Virus record (IMG/VR): IMGVR_UViG_3300043256_000464
DNA: 64,000 bases
Direction: 5' to 3' (one strand)
From: an uncultured virus (IMG/VR IMGVR_UViG_3300043256_000464)
Lineage: Duplodnaviria > Heunggongvirae > Uroviricota > Caudoviricetes
Shown here: positions 20,871 through 30,471 of the stretch, piece by piece
How positions within the stretch are numbered: position 1 is the stretch's first letter
How the letters are laid out: every line of letters begins with the position of its first letter
Notes under the pieces: model-generated
Told to the model about the DNA's origin: nothing
The model's database searches: none
The model's input: only the letters and a program-made list of their open reading frames with translations
Position numbers and translations under genes: made by a program

Positions 20871-21338
20871 GTTTGCTCTCCGCTAAAGTCTAGTTTTTCT
20901 CGGTCGTCTGTTCGGCTACGGCGAAATTGTGCATGGCTATCGTTAGTTCTTCAACATAGCGCATTGCTACTCTTAAGTTTCCATACATAATAGCCGCACG
21001 GAGTTTTTTAATCAAGTCACGGGGAAGGGCTGGTCCTATTATGAATTTTGGTTCAGTCATTACGATCCCTCCTACTGATTAAAGAACACCCACTGCCCGT
21101 ATGATTTTACCATCGGACAGCAATCTGGTCTCCAATACAGCCTGACGATAAGCGTTCCACCATCGACCACTGGGGTCATCAGCAAGTTCATGCTCAAATA
21201 CAATAGCAAGAGCAAGATCGTGTCCAGTCAATGCGCTGCCCGCTGGACATTCACTGATTTTTCCTTGTCCATTTACTAAAATCATCGTGTCTCCTATTAA
21301 CAAAAAGCGGACGTTGAAAGATCAACACCCGCGAAGTT

Positions 21339-21367
21339 AGATTACATTGAAAGAGTGTCATTGTCAA
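21339..21367 (-). promoter_or_regulatory. Sigma70-like promoter facing the head-gene operon
   Basis: TTGACA-17 nt-TAATCT on the minus strand, just after the array terminator. Confidence 0.55.
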
Positions 21368-21369
21368 AT

Positions 21370-21400
21370 CAAAAAGCCCCGCTCGGGGCGGGGCTTTTTG
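21370..21400. terminator. Bidirectional intrinsic terminator ending the array transcript
   Basis: CAAAAAGCCCCGC-TCGGG-GCGGGGCTTTTTG. Confidence 0.85.
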
Positions 21401-21406
21401 CCAAAA

Positions 21407-22030
21407 GAGTCAGCATGCTCTTGATGGATTTCATTGGCCAGGTGGCCGACATTCTTCTGATGGGTCTCATAGTCTCAGTGGTCGGCATAGGCAAGCTGGG
21501 TTTCGTCAAGTACGTAGCCGACATCCATCGCCTGGGCTTCATTCATTTACTGGTCGGCATACACAGACTGGGTTTCATCCTTTTAGTGGCCGACATCTAC
21601 AGAGTGGGATACATTAGTCTCTTGGTCGGCATCTTCCGATTGGGTTTCATCACTTGTTTGGCCGACATGCCTATCCTGGGGTTTTCATTAGTGTTCTAGT
21701 CGGCATTACCTCGTTGGGTTCCATCCGTTCTATGGCCGACATTCAGTGGGTGGGCTTCATTTAAGGTGTGGTCGGCATATACCAGATGGGTTTTATCCTC
21801 CCCTTGGCCGACATCCTATGAATGGATTTCATTTGCCTCATGGTCGGCATAGTTGAGATGGGTTTCATAACTCTTGTGGCCGACATTCAAAGTCTGGATT
21901 CCATGATTTTCGTGGTCGGCATCTTGTACATGGGTTTCATTGTATCAATGGCCGACATTCGTTAAGTGGGCTTCATACTTCCCGTGGCCAGCATGGGAGT
22001 GGTGGGATTCATAATTAAGCTGGCCGACTA
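21407..22030 (-). repeat. TIGR-like dual-repeat array A, 17 units of 36 nt
   Basis: Plus-strand period TGGCCGACAT or TGGTCGGCAT-N8-TGGGTTTCAT-N8; on the minus strand CCA-9 nt-TGAAACCCA-9 nt-TG; 18 edge and 17 loop repeats counted; one unit is 38 nt. Confidence 0.9.
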
Positions 22031-22855
22031 AGCTACTTGCTCCAACTCGCGATCTTCATGCGATTTGGTAATAGGTAGCCCTTCAATCTCGCGCCATTCT
22101 AGCCATAAATCACGCAGCAGGGTTTTGGCCACTTTTCTCTTGGCCTTACGATGCTGGTGACTATCAGTTTCAAGTTCTTTCCATCTATACGAGGTAGGTA
22201 CGTTCTCGCCTTTCACGGCAGGGATTGGCTCTGGATACAGCTCGCGCATCCGTTCTCTATCTGCATAATATCCAGATGGTCCTGCGACATAGGCTGACTT
22301 CTGAGCCTTAATAAGGCTATCGGCAATGTTCCAGCAAAGAGCGCGGCCTTCGCGCGAGAAGTGATTCTTTTCTCCGCTAGAACTTCTTTCCATGCGTCCA
22401 TGGAGAGTGCCATTCGTTGACAGGTTGCCATCGATATCCATGACGGCCCCCATCAAATATCTCCATAGCTTCGAAACAGTATCAAAGCGACCAATGTCAT
22501 CGATCATTGCCAAAAGCTGAGCGGCTGTTGAATCTCCAATTCCATGAATTCCTACAAGCCATTCATAAATAGCCCCGAACTCTGAATTAGCCGCATCAAT
22601 CAAATCTTTCAGAGCTCTCTTTTCGAGCATGCGGATACCAACAGGACCTTGTTTGCCCTCGACAAGATCATCTAGAAAATGTAATTCCGCTGGCCCGTGG
22701 AGATTTGACTTCCCCTTCTCGATGGCATTCAAGCGTAGTTCATGCCTCAGGCGCATTTTCCTGAATTCTATGAAGAGGAGGTAGTGTTGCCAAGTGAGCT
22801 GGCGCTTTCGGGGCTTCGGATCGGGTCTAGCGTCTTTTTTGTTTTCGTCTGACAC
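22028..22855 (-). CDS. Nop/IS110-C-terminal-domain protein without nuclease (TasA-like), 275 aa
   Basis: IHGIGDSTAAQLLAMIDDIGRFDTVSKLWRY...HRKAKRKVAKTLLRDLW; no RuvC/DEDD; GTG start after AAAGGA; flanked by arrays. Confidence 0.8.
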   Translation of the reverse strand: MSDENKKDARPDPKPRKRQLTWQHYLLFIEFRKMRLRHELRLNAIEKGKSNLHGPAELHFLDDLVEGKQGPVGIRMLEKRALKDLIDAANSEFGAIYEWLVGIHGIGDSTAAQLLAMIDDIGRFDTVSKLWRYLMGAVMDIDGNLSTNGTLHGRMERSSSGEKNHFSREGRALCWNIADSLIKAQKSAYVAGPSGYYADRERMRELYPEPIPAVKGENVPTSYRWKELETDSHQHRKAKRKVAKTLLRDLWLEWREIEGLPITKSHEDRELEQVA

Positions 22856-22867
22856 TGCGTTTCCTTT

Positions 22868-23069
22868 CTGTCGCGACATCGTTTCGGTGGGTTTCATCAT
22901 CATCATGATCGCGACATCCAATCAATGGGTTTCATTTGTTTTTTAGTCGCGACATACCTTAACTGGGCTTCATTGTGTTCCTGGTCGCGACATTGGATAA
23001 TTGGGTTTCATTTCGAATATGGTCACGACATTCTTCAGATGGGTTTCATTGCTTACTTGGTCGCGACTC
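22868..23069 (-). repeat. TIGR-like array B, 5 units of 38 nt with palindromic edge repeat
   Basis: TGGTCGCGACAT-N8-TGGGTTTCAT-N8 repeated. Confidence 0.9.
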
Positions 23070-23071
23070 CA

Positions 23072-23761
23072 TCATTTTAATTTGAGGCCCGCTTTCTCAA
23101 TAAAATCGTCGCGGCCATTTAACCAAAGATCCATGGCTTTATCCATATTCTCTATGGCTCTGGGTGTGATCTTGGCTAGGCCGCTCTCGAGTGCGTTGAC
23201 AATGTGAAAAGCGTGCCATGCGATAGTCATACCAGAGTGGCTTTCGATAGCTTTTTGCTGTTTCTTTGTTACCTTCTTACCAGCAACACTATTAAGGCCG
23301 TTTTTGTTAGGGACAAGTTTTCCATTTCGCCCAAGCCCAAAACTAGCAAAGACATCCTCGACATCTGGCAATGGCATGATGATGATCTGCGAAATTTCTT
23401 CATCGGTCTTTCCAACCTCTCGCAATCTCGCCATGTTGCGCTTTTGATCATACGGATCGTATGGTCTTCCATTCCTTGAATTGTCGCCAATGGAAACAGC
23501 CAGACGCTCGGCATCATCCTCAAAATGCCGCCTCATAACAATCACTGTTCCGGAATGCTCTCGCAGATGTGCGAAATACCTATGCCAGCCGCCAATCAAG
23601 CGATTGTTCTGGCAGACCATCATGGGCGGAAGTTCTTGACCCATCCTTAAAGTATCTCGCATCCCTCGAACATGGGGATTAGAAACATCATTTCGGGGTT
23701 GCAACCAATCATCCAAGATGATGTCTAACAGGGGCATTTCAACTTGCTTATCTTGAGACAT
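23072..23761 (-). CDS. ParB/Srx-like N-terminal domain protein with HTH
   Basis: LQPR...LPPMMV...LIGGWHRYFA, NSRNG, then a helical HTH-like segment. Confidence 0.75.
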   Translation of the reverse strand: MSQDKQVEMPLLDIILDDWLQPRNDVSNPHVRGMRDTLRMGQELPPMMVCQNNRLIGGWHRYFAHLREHSGTVIVMRRHFEDDAERLAVSIGDNSRNGRPYDPYDQKRNMARLREVGKTDEEISQIIIMPLPDVEDVFASFGLGRNGKLVPNKNGLNSVAGKKVTKKQQKAIESHSGMTIAWHAFHIVNALESGLAKITPRAIENMDKAMDLWLNGRDDFIEKAGLKLK

Positions 23762-23781
23762 TTTTTTTGTTTCCTCTCATT

Positions 23782-23863
23782 AGACCCGCATTCAGCCAAT
23801 GGATTTCATACGAATGGTGGCGGGCATCTTGTGTGTGGTTTGCACTATCATTCTGGCCCAACA
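23782..23863 (-). repeat. TIGR-like array C1, 2 diverged units
   Basis: AGACCCGCAT-N8-TGGATTTCAT-N8-TGGCGGGCAT-N8-TGGTTTGCAC-N8-TGGCCC. Confidence 0.7.
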
Positions 23864-23900
23864 AAAGGGAATGATACTATACATTCTAATGTTCCACAAG

Positions 23901-24018
23901 CAGTCGGCATGTATTTATTGGATTTCATTCTTAGCATGGCCGACATCGAGGGTCTGGATTTCATCATTCGAATGGTCGGCATGGATTTTTTGGATTCCAT
24001 CATGCACTTGGCCGACAT
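23901..24018 (-). repeat. TIGR-like array C2, 3 units of 36 nt
   Basis: Alternating GTCGGC/GCCGAC edges with TGGATTTCAT loops. Confidence 0.85.
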
Positions 24019-24023
24019 CGACA

Positions 24024-24224
24024 CTAACTCAACCAACGCCAATAACCTCGCAGCCTCCGGAAGACATTGGAAAGCCAGCGCTTGGTCATCTGGCGCTTAT
24101 GCAATTTTTTACGATCAGACTCAATCCTATTGAAGGATCTTGTGATCTTGCGCTCAAGCTTGACTCGAGCCGTTGGATCGTTGAGAGGTCTTTTGTAGTT
24201 GGTCAACTGTCGTCTATGAACCAT
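24024..24224 (-). CDS. Small basic hypothetical protein
   Basis: ORF whose stop abuts array C2. Confidence 0.4.
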   Translation of the reverse strand: MVHRRQLTNYKRPLNDPTARVKLERKITRSFNRIESDRKKLHKRQMTKRWLSNVFRRLRGYWRWLS

Positions 24225-24443
24225 TCATTTTGCGCTTTCGTAGAAAAAATCAGATTCTCTACAAAGATGCAATTCTAGGAAAAAGCCTGATATGTATCGC
24301 GTCGCGATTCCATGGTGCGTTCGAATGATCTCTTGATGGTGTGTCAAGCCAACCCTGGTCGGAAGAATAGACCACTTGATATCTTTTCAGTTTGGCATAT
24401 AAGCTTCGGCCACGCGTCTTGCTAGTAAATCGAAGTCTTCGAA

Positions 24444-25583
24444 TCACCCACCGATACTCAGCGGCATGATGACGTGAACGTAATCATCGCGCCCAATCGC
24501 CCTAAACATGCCAGGGGATTTAGGACTCTTCGAATCAATCGATATGCTCCCGCTGCCAATAGCCTGCAGGAACTCGCTCAGCATCTTCAAGTTAAAGCCA
24601 ATCTCCATTCCGTCGCCCTCAACTGTCGCATCGACCACGCTCTCAGATGCTCCGATTTGACTATCTAAGGCCGTGACCGTAAGCGTTGCTGGAACCCCTT
24701 CCTCGCTCGAAGGTGATATCAAAAGCCGTCCGGAGTTGGCGGTTTCCTTCGCGATGATCAGTGCAGTCTTGCAGGCGTTTTTGAGAGCCTTGGCATCCAC
24801 AACTACACGGACTTCGTATTCGTCCACAAGAATGCTCTCTAGGTCCGGGTAGCTGCCTTCCAATAGGGCTGACTCAATATTGGCATCCTCGACTGTGAAG
24901 CCAACGCGCTTGGCATCGGCAGAGACCGAAAGCTTAACTGTCTCGTGGCCATCGATTATTTTCTTGACCTTTGCCATCGAGTTGGCTGGGACAACAAACG
25001 AAACTGGTTGCTCGGCTGCTTCGTTCATCTTCATCGTGCGCTTCGCAAGCCTAAACCCATCAGCCCCGGCGAATTCCGCATGATCACCTTCAAACGAAAA
25101 ACGCATGCCGGTCAATATAGGCCTGCCGACATCCTTAGATGCACAAAACAGAACTTCCTTAAGAACATCCTTGAATTCGGACACATTGAATTCCATTACT
25201 GCGCTTGTTTCGTTAATCAGATCCCGCATGGGATATTCTTCAATCGGCATGCACTTGATTTTCATCTTGTGACCAGCACACGAAACGTTGAGTGCATTGC
25301 CTTTCGATTCATAAGCCATTGAAACAATTTGATCTGGAAAAGTCGATATGAGCTCTGAAAGGGTTCCGGCAGGGACGGTTATCTGCCCCTCTTCTTTAAT
25401 CTTGGCGGCGTCTACCCAGCGAGTGATAGTGATCGACATGTCAGTACCGGATATTCTGAGTCTTCCATTCTCTGTTGACAGAACCATGTTCTTTAAAATA
25501 GGGAGGGTGCTTTTGGCCGGTACGATGTCGGCAACGTCTGCCAGTGCTGATTTGATTTCTGTTTGTGCAATTTGCAGCTTCAT
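24444..25583 (-). CDS. dnaN: DNA polymerase III beta sliding clamp
   Basis: KSTLPILKN, GTD, RPILTG, ADGFRLA, YPD, IGFN, VIMPL. Confidence 0.92.
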   Translation of the reverse strand: MKLQIAQTEIKSALADVADIVPAKSTLPILKNMVLSTENGRLRISGTDMSITITRWVDAAKIKEEGQITVPAGTLSELISTFPDQIVSMAYESKGNALNVSCAGHKMKIKCMPIEEYPMRDLINETSAVMEFNVSEFKDVLKEVLFCASKDVGRPILTGMRFSFEGDHAEFAGADGFRLAKRTMKMNEAAEQPVSFVVPANSMAKVKKIIDGHETVKLSVSADAKRVGFTVEDANIESALLEGSYPDLESILVDEYEVRVVVDAKALKNACKTALIIAKETANSGRLLISPSSEEGVPATLTVTALDSQIGASESVVDATVEGDGMEIGFNLKMLSEFLQAIGSGSISIDSKSPKSPGMFRAIGRDDYVHVIMPLSIGG

Positions 25584-25634
25584 TCTTATGGACCTTTCGG
25601 TAAATGGAAATTATACCCCATCAGCGGCAGAGAG

Positions 25635-25925
25635 CTATTTGGCTAGGGCTTCATCACGTGCATTGCCAACTGCTTTCAACACAGAAGCCAGTTCCTCTTC
25701 CAGCTCTGCAATTCTCTCATTGGCTTGCTCCAACTGCGTAGACATGAGAATAACACCCACATCTACAATCTCTAGCTTCGGTTCGATGCGCCCCATAATA
25801 GCCTCGATCTCGTTCTGAAACTCATCGGCTTTCTGGAGTGCATCGTAAAGTTCGTCAAATGCCGTCTTTGCTTCGCCGTAAGTCAACAATTCAGCGTCTT
25901 CGTATTTCTCCAACAATTTACTCAT
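25635..25925 (-). CDS. Hypothetical coiled-coil protein
   Basis: GGAGG RBS before MSKLLEK. Confidence 0.5.
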   Translation of the reverse strand: MSKLLEKYEDAELLTYGEAKTAFDELYDALQKADEFQNEIEAIMGRIEPKLEIVDVGVILMSTQLEQANERIAELEEELASVLKAVGNARDEALAK

Positions 25926-26026
25926 CGTCAACCTCCACGGGCTCAGTTTCCCAGTACCCGCACTTGGAGCAAGCAATCGGCTTTCTGAAAGACACAAACA
26001 CGAATCCACAGAACCAACATACCCAC

Positions 26027-26371
26027 TCAGGAATTTTCACCGTCAGTCTCCGTGAACCAGTCAGGGACTTCGGCTTTAGTTAGGGCTATGTTCAGACCAG
26101 CGATTGCATTGTATATTTGCTTATCAGTTGGTTTCTCGCCAAACTCTTTTCCCATCCAATAAGGCACCAGAATTTTGTCGGCCTGCTTTGCCGCTATTAC
26201 TACTTTCCGTAGGCCTTCAACGGTTCGCTTTAGACAATCGATCTGGCAGTTAGAGCAATCAGCGCCTTCGCCTAATTCGAGGCTGCAATTTTCACAGATG
26301 GTCAATCCATCGCTGTTATCTATGTGACTGTCAACTAAGATGCAATCAAATTCTTTCTGTGTTTCTATCAT
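26027..26371 (-). CDS. Hypothetical protein with Cys pairs
   Basis: CENC...CSNC. Confidence 0.45.
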   Translation of the reverse strand: MIETQKEFDCILVDSHIDNSDGLTICENCSLELGEGADCSNCQIDCLKRTVEGLRKVVIAAKQADKILVPYWMGKEFGEKPTDKQIYNAIAGLNIALTKAEVPDWFTETDGENS

Positions 26372-27591
26372 TCTTGTTTCTCTCCTTGAACAGCCAGAAG
26401 CTCTTGCTGCACGCGAGCCATACTCCAGCTATCGACTTCTGCCATCGACAGCAGATTTTCCCGACCGGTCCTGCCGTTTATGCCGAAACGCGCCATGCAC
26501 GTTTCTATTGCATCCTGATCTGGCATGTCTATCAGCCATCTACGATCCACTCGCCCCGGACGCAGGAAGTATTTGCTTATAGAATCGGGTTCGTTTGCAG
26601 TAAAAATAAGTAGGCGTCCCTCAGATGCCAGAGGCCCATCGATTGCATTGAGCAATCCCGATAGTGTTATCTCGGTTTTGTCGAGATCAACCTTCTCGAA
26701 ATCCTCGACGACCAGTAGACACTCATCCGGGGTCCTGCCCAAGGCTAATGCCAGTGAGTTATCCGTCATTTCCGGCTCTGTTAGCGAGAGCATGTAGATG
26801 GGAAGATTCAATTCAGTCGCAAGTACCTGAATGATGGTCGATTTCCCATTGCCAGGAGGCCCATGTAATAGATAGCCTCGACGATATGGTAGACCGCGGT
26901 CAAGATATCGATCCGGCTCATCTAGAAATCTTCGAGCATCTTCGTGGATTTCATCAAAGAGTCCTTGGCGCAGAAACAGCGAGTTGCTTGATCGTCGCGG
27001 GGAGAGGCGCACGCGCATCCACCAACCGGTCTTGTCGTTTACCCAGGTTACATTCTTGCCCTTATTCTCCTCATTTGCCATATCCACCGCACTGTTGACT
27101 AACTGGCGCAACGGTCCTCTTCCGGTACCAAGTGTTTTTATTGTGAGAACGCTAATCTTTCCCGCAACACCTTGATCTTCAAGAGCGTGGTCTAGCCAAT
27201 AGCGGATTCCATCTTCCTTAAATGAGTGCATACCGTGCCCAGGCATGATCACAGCCATCATGCCGTCAGATCCATGAACGGTGCGCGCATCGAGCCATTG
27301 GCAGGTCTGGCCGTATTCGGACTGGGCCATCCATACACCGATCCATCGGATCAGATCTTGATCTCGTGTTGTAATCGATACTGCCCACTTGCGCTGAATA
27401 AGATGCCAGACTAACTTGGGCGCGTAGCGAATCGCCCCTAGAACGGCTCCAATTAATGCTCCCATTACGGCGAGCGCCAACATGCCTCTAACGAACTCAC
27501 TGTCACCTAAGAATTGGTCAAGCATTATCCTGCTCCTCCAGCAGTGCCAGTACGTCGGGGCCAAGCCGCTTATGCTTTGCTGTCCACTCAA
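26368..27591 (-). CDS. BCS1-like AAA+ ATPase
   Basis: YRRGYLLHGPPGNGKS, TLSGLLNAIDG, LRPGRVD; true start probably near MLDQF. Confidence 0.85.
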   Translation of the reverse strand: MSGQQSISGLAPTYWHCWRSRIMLDQFLGDSEFVRGMLALAVMGALIGAVLGAIRYAPKLVWHLIQRKWAVSITTRDQDLIRWIGVWMAQSEYGQTCQWLDARTVHGSDGMMAVIMPGHGMHSFKEDGIRYWLDHALEDQGVAGKISVLTIKTLGTGRGPLRQLVNSAVDMANEENKGKNVTWVNDKTGWWMRVRLSPRRSSNSLFLRQGLFDEIHEDARRFLDEPDRYLDRGLPYRRGYLLHGPPGNGKSTIIQVLATELNLPIYMLSLTEPEMTDNSLALALGRTPDECLLVVEDFEKVDLDKTEITLSGLLNAIDGPLASEGRLLIFTANEPDSISKYFLRPGRVDRRWLIDMPDQDAIETCMARFGINGRTGRENLLSMAEVDSWSMARVQQELLAVQGEKQE

Positions 27592-27760
27592 TCCATTCTT
27601 CCCGAGTAAGCCCGCTTGCCTTTATTGCCCACGCTTCCAACTGCCTCACGGCTCGGATGAGAAGTTCATGTTCCTTATAGGCAATATGAGTTGAACCCAA
27701 CTTATCCACAATTTCTTTGAGAGTCATCATCTGGCTGGTTGACATTTTGCGCTCCCTTCC

Positions 27761-28093
27761 TCAATCTCTTTCAGTGTCGTCATCCTGTTCCTCCAGTGCA
27801 TCGAGGGATCGCTTCAAGTCAGGAAGAATGACGAGCAACTTTTCAGCCACTTTGCAAGCACTATGGTCTCGCTCGCCACGTTTCCATTCGTCTACAATCG
27901 CTTGCGCCCAAGACTCTGCGCCTTGCAAATCAAACGGTTCTAGAGCCTCTATCACACCTTCCAGCTTGACGATAGTCGTCAAAGCAATCTTAATGGCGTC
28001 ATCCACACGATTTTGGCGCTCAATCATATCTGCGATGTGTGGACCCCAACGCATATTGTGAAGAGCTTGACGTGCTTCATCTCCTGGTTTCAT
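27761..28093 (-). CDS. Hypothetical protein
   Basis: Coupled ORF. Confidence 0.45.
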   Translation of the reverse strand: MKPGDEARQALHNMRWGPHIADMIERQNRVDDAIKIALTTIVKLEGVIEALEPFDLQGAESWAQAIVDEWKRGERDHSACKVAEKLLVILPDLKRSLDALEEQDDDTERD

Positions 28094-28401
28094 GGTTCAC
28101 CTAATTTGGGACAGACATCAGCAATGAACCTGATCGCCATCGCCGCGATCTGCGTTGCTTCCTCCCGTAACGATGTGCGTTCAGCATGTGGGTACTTTTT
28201 AACTTCTTCCCAAAGCTCATCTAATTCTTCTTTGATGACCGCCCAACCTTCGTGCCCTGATTGCATTGGAGGGATTTTGTGTATGGCGCTTAGGGCTTCA
28301 CGATGGGCTAGGAGCGCAGCTTCGCCAATGCGGTCTTTATATCCCTCGGCTATAGCTTCTTGATCCCATTTCTTCAATTCAGCTCTGACTTGTTCGCTCA
28401 T
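28090..28401 (-). CDS. MazG-like all-alpha NTP pyrophosphatase-fold protein
   Basis: HEGWAVIKEELDELWEEVK...EEATQIAAMA. Confidence 0.55.
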   Translation of the reverse strand: MSEQVRAELKKWDQEAIAEGYKDRIGEAALLAHREALSAIHKIPPMQSGHEGWAVIKEELDELWEEVKKYPHAERTSLREEATQIAAMAIRFIADVCPKLGEP

Positions 28402-28627
28402 GGCTCGACCTCTCGCTTATCGTAGGTGTTTGCGTACCATTCTGCGTGCTTCTTTTCCAACAGATCTTCATTCATGCCCACAGTTCTTGCATCGGAGAAT
28501 AGCCCCCAGTTTACCACTAGGCCGCACCAATTCCGTATGAGTCCAGCTCTTCCTTCGAGTAAGCCAGTGCTTCTCAAAGCATTTGCTGCATCGGGCTTTG
28601 TAGAAGCGCGTACTGCTAGACATTTGA

Positions 28628-30024
28628 TTTCGCTAAGTGACCTCATCGTAAGTATCATCCAGCATCGAATAGTGTATCTCCGCCGTGTTCCCTATGGGGT
28701 TTCGCTGGTTCAGGCAAATCCTCATCCCATTCAAAACGAGGACGGAAATCCCCATCGCCATCTGAGTAGATTGTGACATGCCGAGAGCTACCAATGCTGC
28801 CAAGCATTTGCATTCTCTTTAGTATCCCAAGGAAGTGTGGAACCCATCTTGTAGGAACTTCGCATCGCAATGTGAATTTCATACTGCTCATTTGTTTTCC
28901 TTTCGCTAAGTGACCTTATCGTAAGTGTCCCACTACATACTTGCGGACACGATGTCTGATTTCGGGCTGAACGTAACCGGGCAAACGGCCTCGAATATCC
29001 TTGATTTTGGCTCTAGCCCTTTTGCGGGTCGGTTCGCAAAACTGAGTAGGGTGCCATTCGTCGGGAACAAATAACACTTTTGATTCAATCACCCAAACGT
29101 GTTTGCGCATATCTTTCACCTTCACTTTCGATATGATGACTTATCGTAAGTGAGCCGATTCAAAGCCTGCAAGCTCAGGCAAGCTCTCAGCCCACTCGGG
29201 CCATATATCTTTCTCCCAATCAAAAGCTCGTTGCATAATTTCTTCTGATGGATAAGTAGCTTCGTTGTCGGCCTTGAATTCTTCGCTGTTCATCCAGTCG
29301 GGGCCATAAAGTTCTCGGCATAAGGCTTGGCCCCAATCCCATCGGCGTTCAAGTTCATTGTCCCAAACGACTCCATCGTAGCGATTAGCCATACGCTTAC
29401 CCCATTTATTCAAATCTTCCCAAAAATACTTAGGCATCTTCCTCAACCTTTCTTGGCATCCGTCCCATAGCAATGCCCATAACCCACGGGGCCAATCTTC
29501 CAAGCGGCACATTCCAAACCAGCCAAAACAAGAATTGTCTAATCATCACTTTTCCTTTCACTTATGCTAACTATCGTTACCGTAGATATAGCATCCCAAC
29601 AGAACGGGCTTACCAACAAACCAGCGCCAAACGAGCCAAGGAATATATAGGACTCCTAAAGGCAAACGATAATGCAAAGGCATGTCAGGACAACTCCAGA
29701 GATAGTTCGTGATCCGCATATTATGAACGATTCGTTTACTCATTTCTGCTCCTGTGGGCGGGACAGGCATCGAACCTGCTCCTGCGCTTTTACAGAGCGG
29801 TATGCAGCCCTTACACCACCCGCCCTCTTATCTTGCTGCCAGCGCATCCTCGAGTTGGCCAATCTTGTAAGTGCATTGCATTTCTGCTTCCATCAGTTCG
29901 TCAACGTGGCACAAGTCGCCCATGACGTTCTTTGCCCATCGCCAAGCCAACCACATCGCAAAGCGTTCTCTCAGTTTCTTCATTTCATTTTCCTTTCACT
30001 TCTTTTGATGACCTTATCAGAAGT
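28628..30024. repeat. Dispersed ~26-bp gene-boundary repeat
   Basis: TTTCGCTAAGTGACCTYATCGTAAGT at 28628 and 28901; variants at 29126 and 30007. Confidence 0.7.
28655..28891 (-). CDS. Hypothetical phage protein
   Basis: AAAGGA RBS; GSSR...SDGDGDFRP. Confidence 0.55.
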   Translation of the reverse strand: MSSMKFTLRCEVPTRWVPHFLGILKRMQMLGSIGSSRHVTIYSDGDGDFRPRFEWDEDLPEPAKPHREHGGDTLFDAG

Positions 30025-30042
30025 AAAGCTACATCTCAATTG

Positions 30043-30471
30043 CTACGGAAGATCAACTTCAATGTCTGGAATGATCTGTGCTGGCCGAAAAACTACTCGG
30101 TACTGGTAGCTATTGACTGGTAAGGACTCAATCTGCTCGGCAAAGTATGTAACATTATCCGATAGACCTAGAAAGTGCTTCTTGTACGTTCCTGGGCCAG
30201 TCTTGCAGGTCACAGATAGCTCTCCAGGCGAATCATAATTGCCGAGAGAGCATAGGCCCTCGATAACAAGAATGTATTCGTCGGTGATCCCGTTGTAGAA
30301 GACAATACGACGGTTTACTTCAAATTGGTCTGCGGCTATTGAGACGTTTCGAGACGCTATATCTGCCTCTCTCGCACACGCTGTTACGAGCATGGACAGC
30401 GCAAGCACGGTCAGTACAAACAGTCCGAGTTTCTTCATTGACTTTGCCTCCAGTGGTAGTGTTTCCATCAC
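30043..30471 (-). CDS. Phage lipoprotein
   Basis: Signal peptide with lipobox LVTAC; FEVNRRIVFYNGITD...YKKHFLGLSDNVTYF. Confidence 0.7.
   Translation of the reverse strand: MMETLPLEAKSMKKLGLFVLTVLALSMLVTACAREADIASRNVSIAADQFEVNRRIVFYNGITDEYILVIEGLCSLGNYDSPGELSVTCKTGPGTYKKHFLGLSDNVTYFAEQIESLPVNSYQYRVVFRPAQIIPDIEVDLP

Noticed and set aside
723..20886. Numerous plus-strand ORFs in the track
   Set aside because: Antisense shadows of well-supported minus-strand genes, with no motifs
21355..21699. Plus-strand ORF with 12-aa periodicity (also 23001-23207, 23744-24278 and 23848-24042)
   Set aside because: By-products of the stop-poor repeat arrays
21407..22030. CRISPR array
   Set aside because: Repeats are ~10 nt of two alternating kinds, spacers are 8-9 nt, and no cas genes are seen in the window
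22028..22921. IS110 transposase, and the longer 297-aa start
   Set aside because: No N-terminal DEDD RuvC domain; the extra 22 residues mostly translate array B, and the RBS favours GTG at 22855
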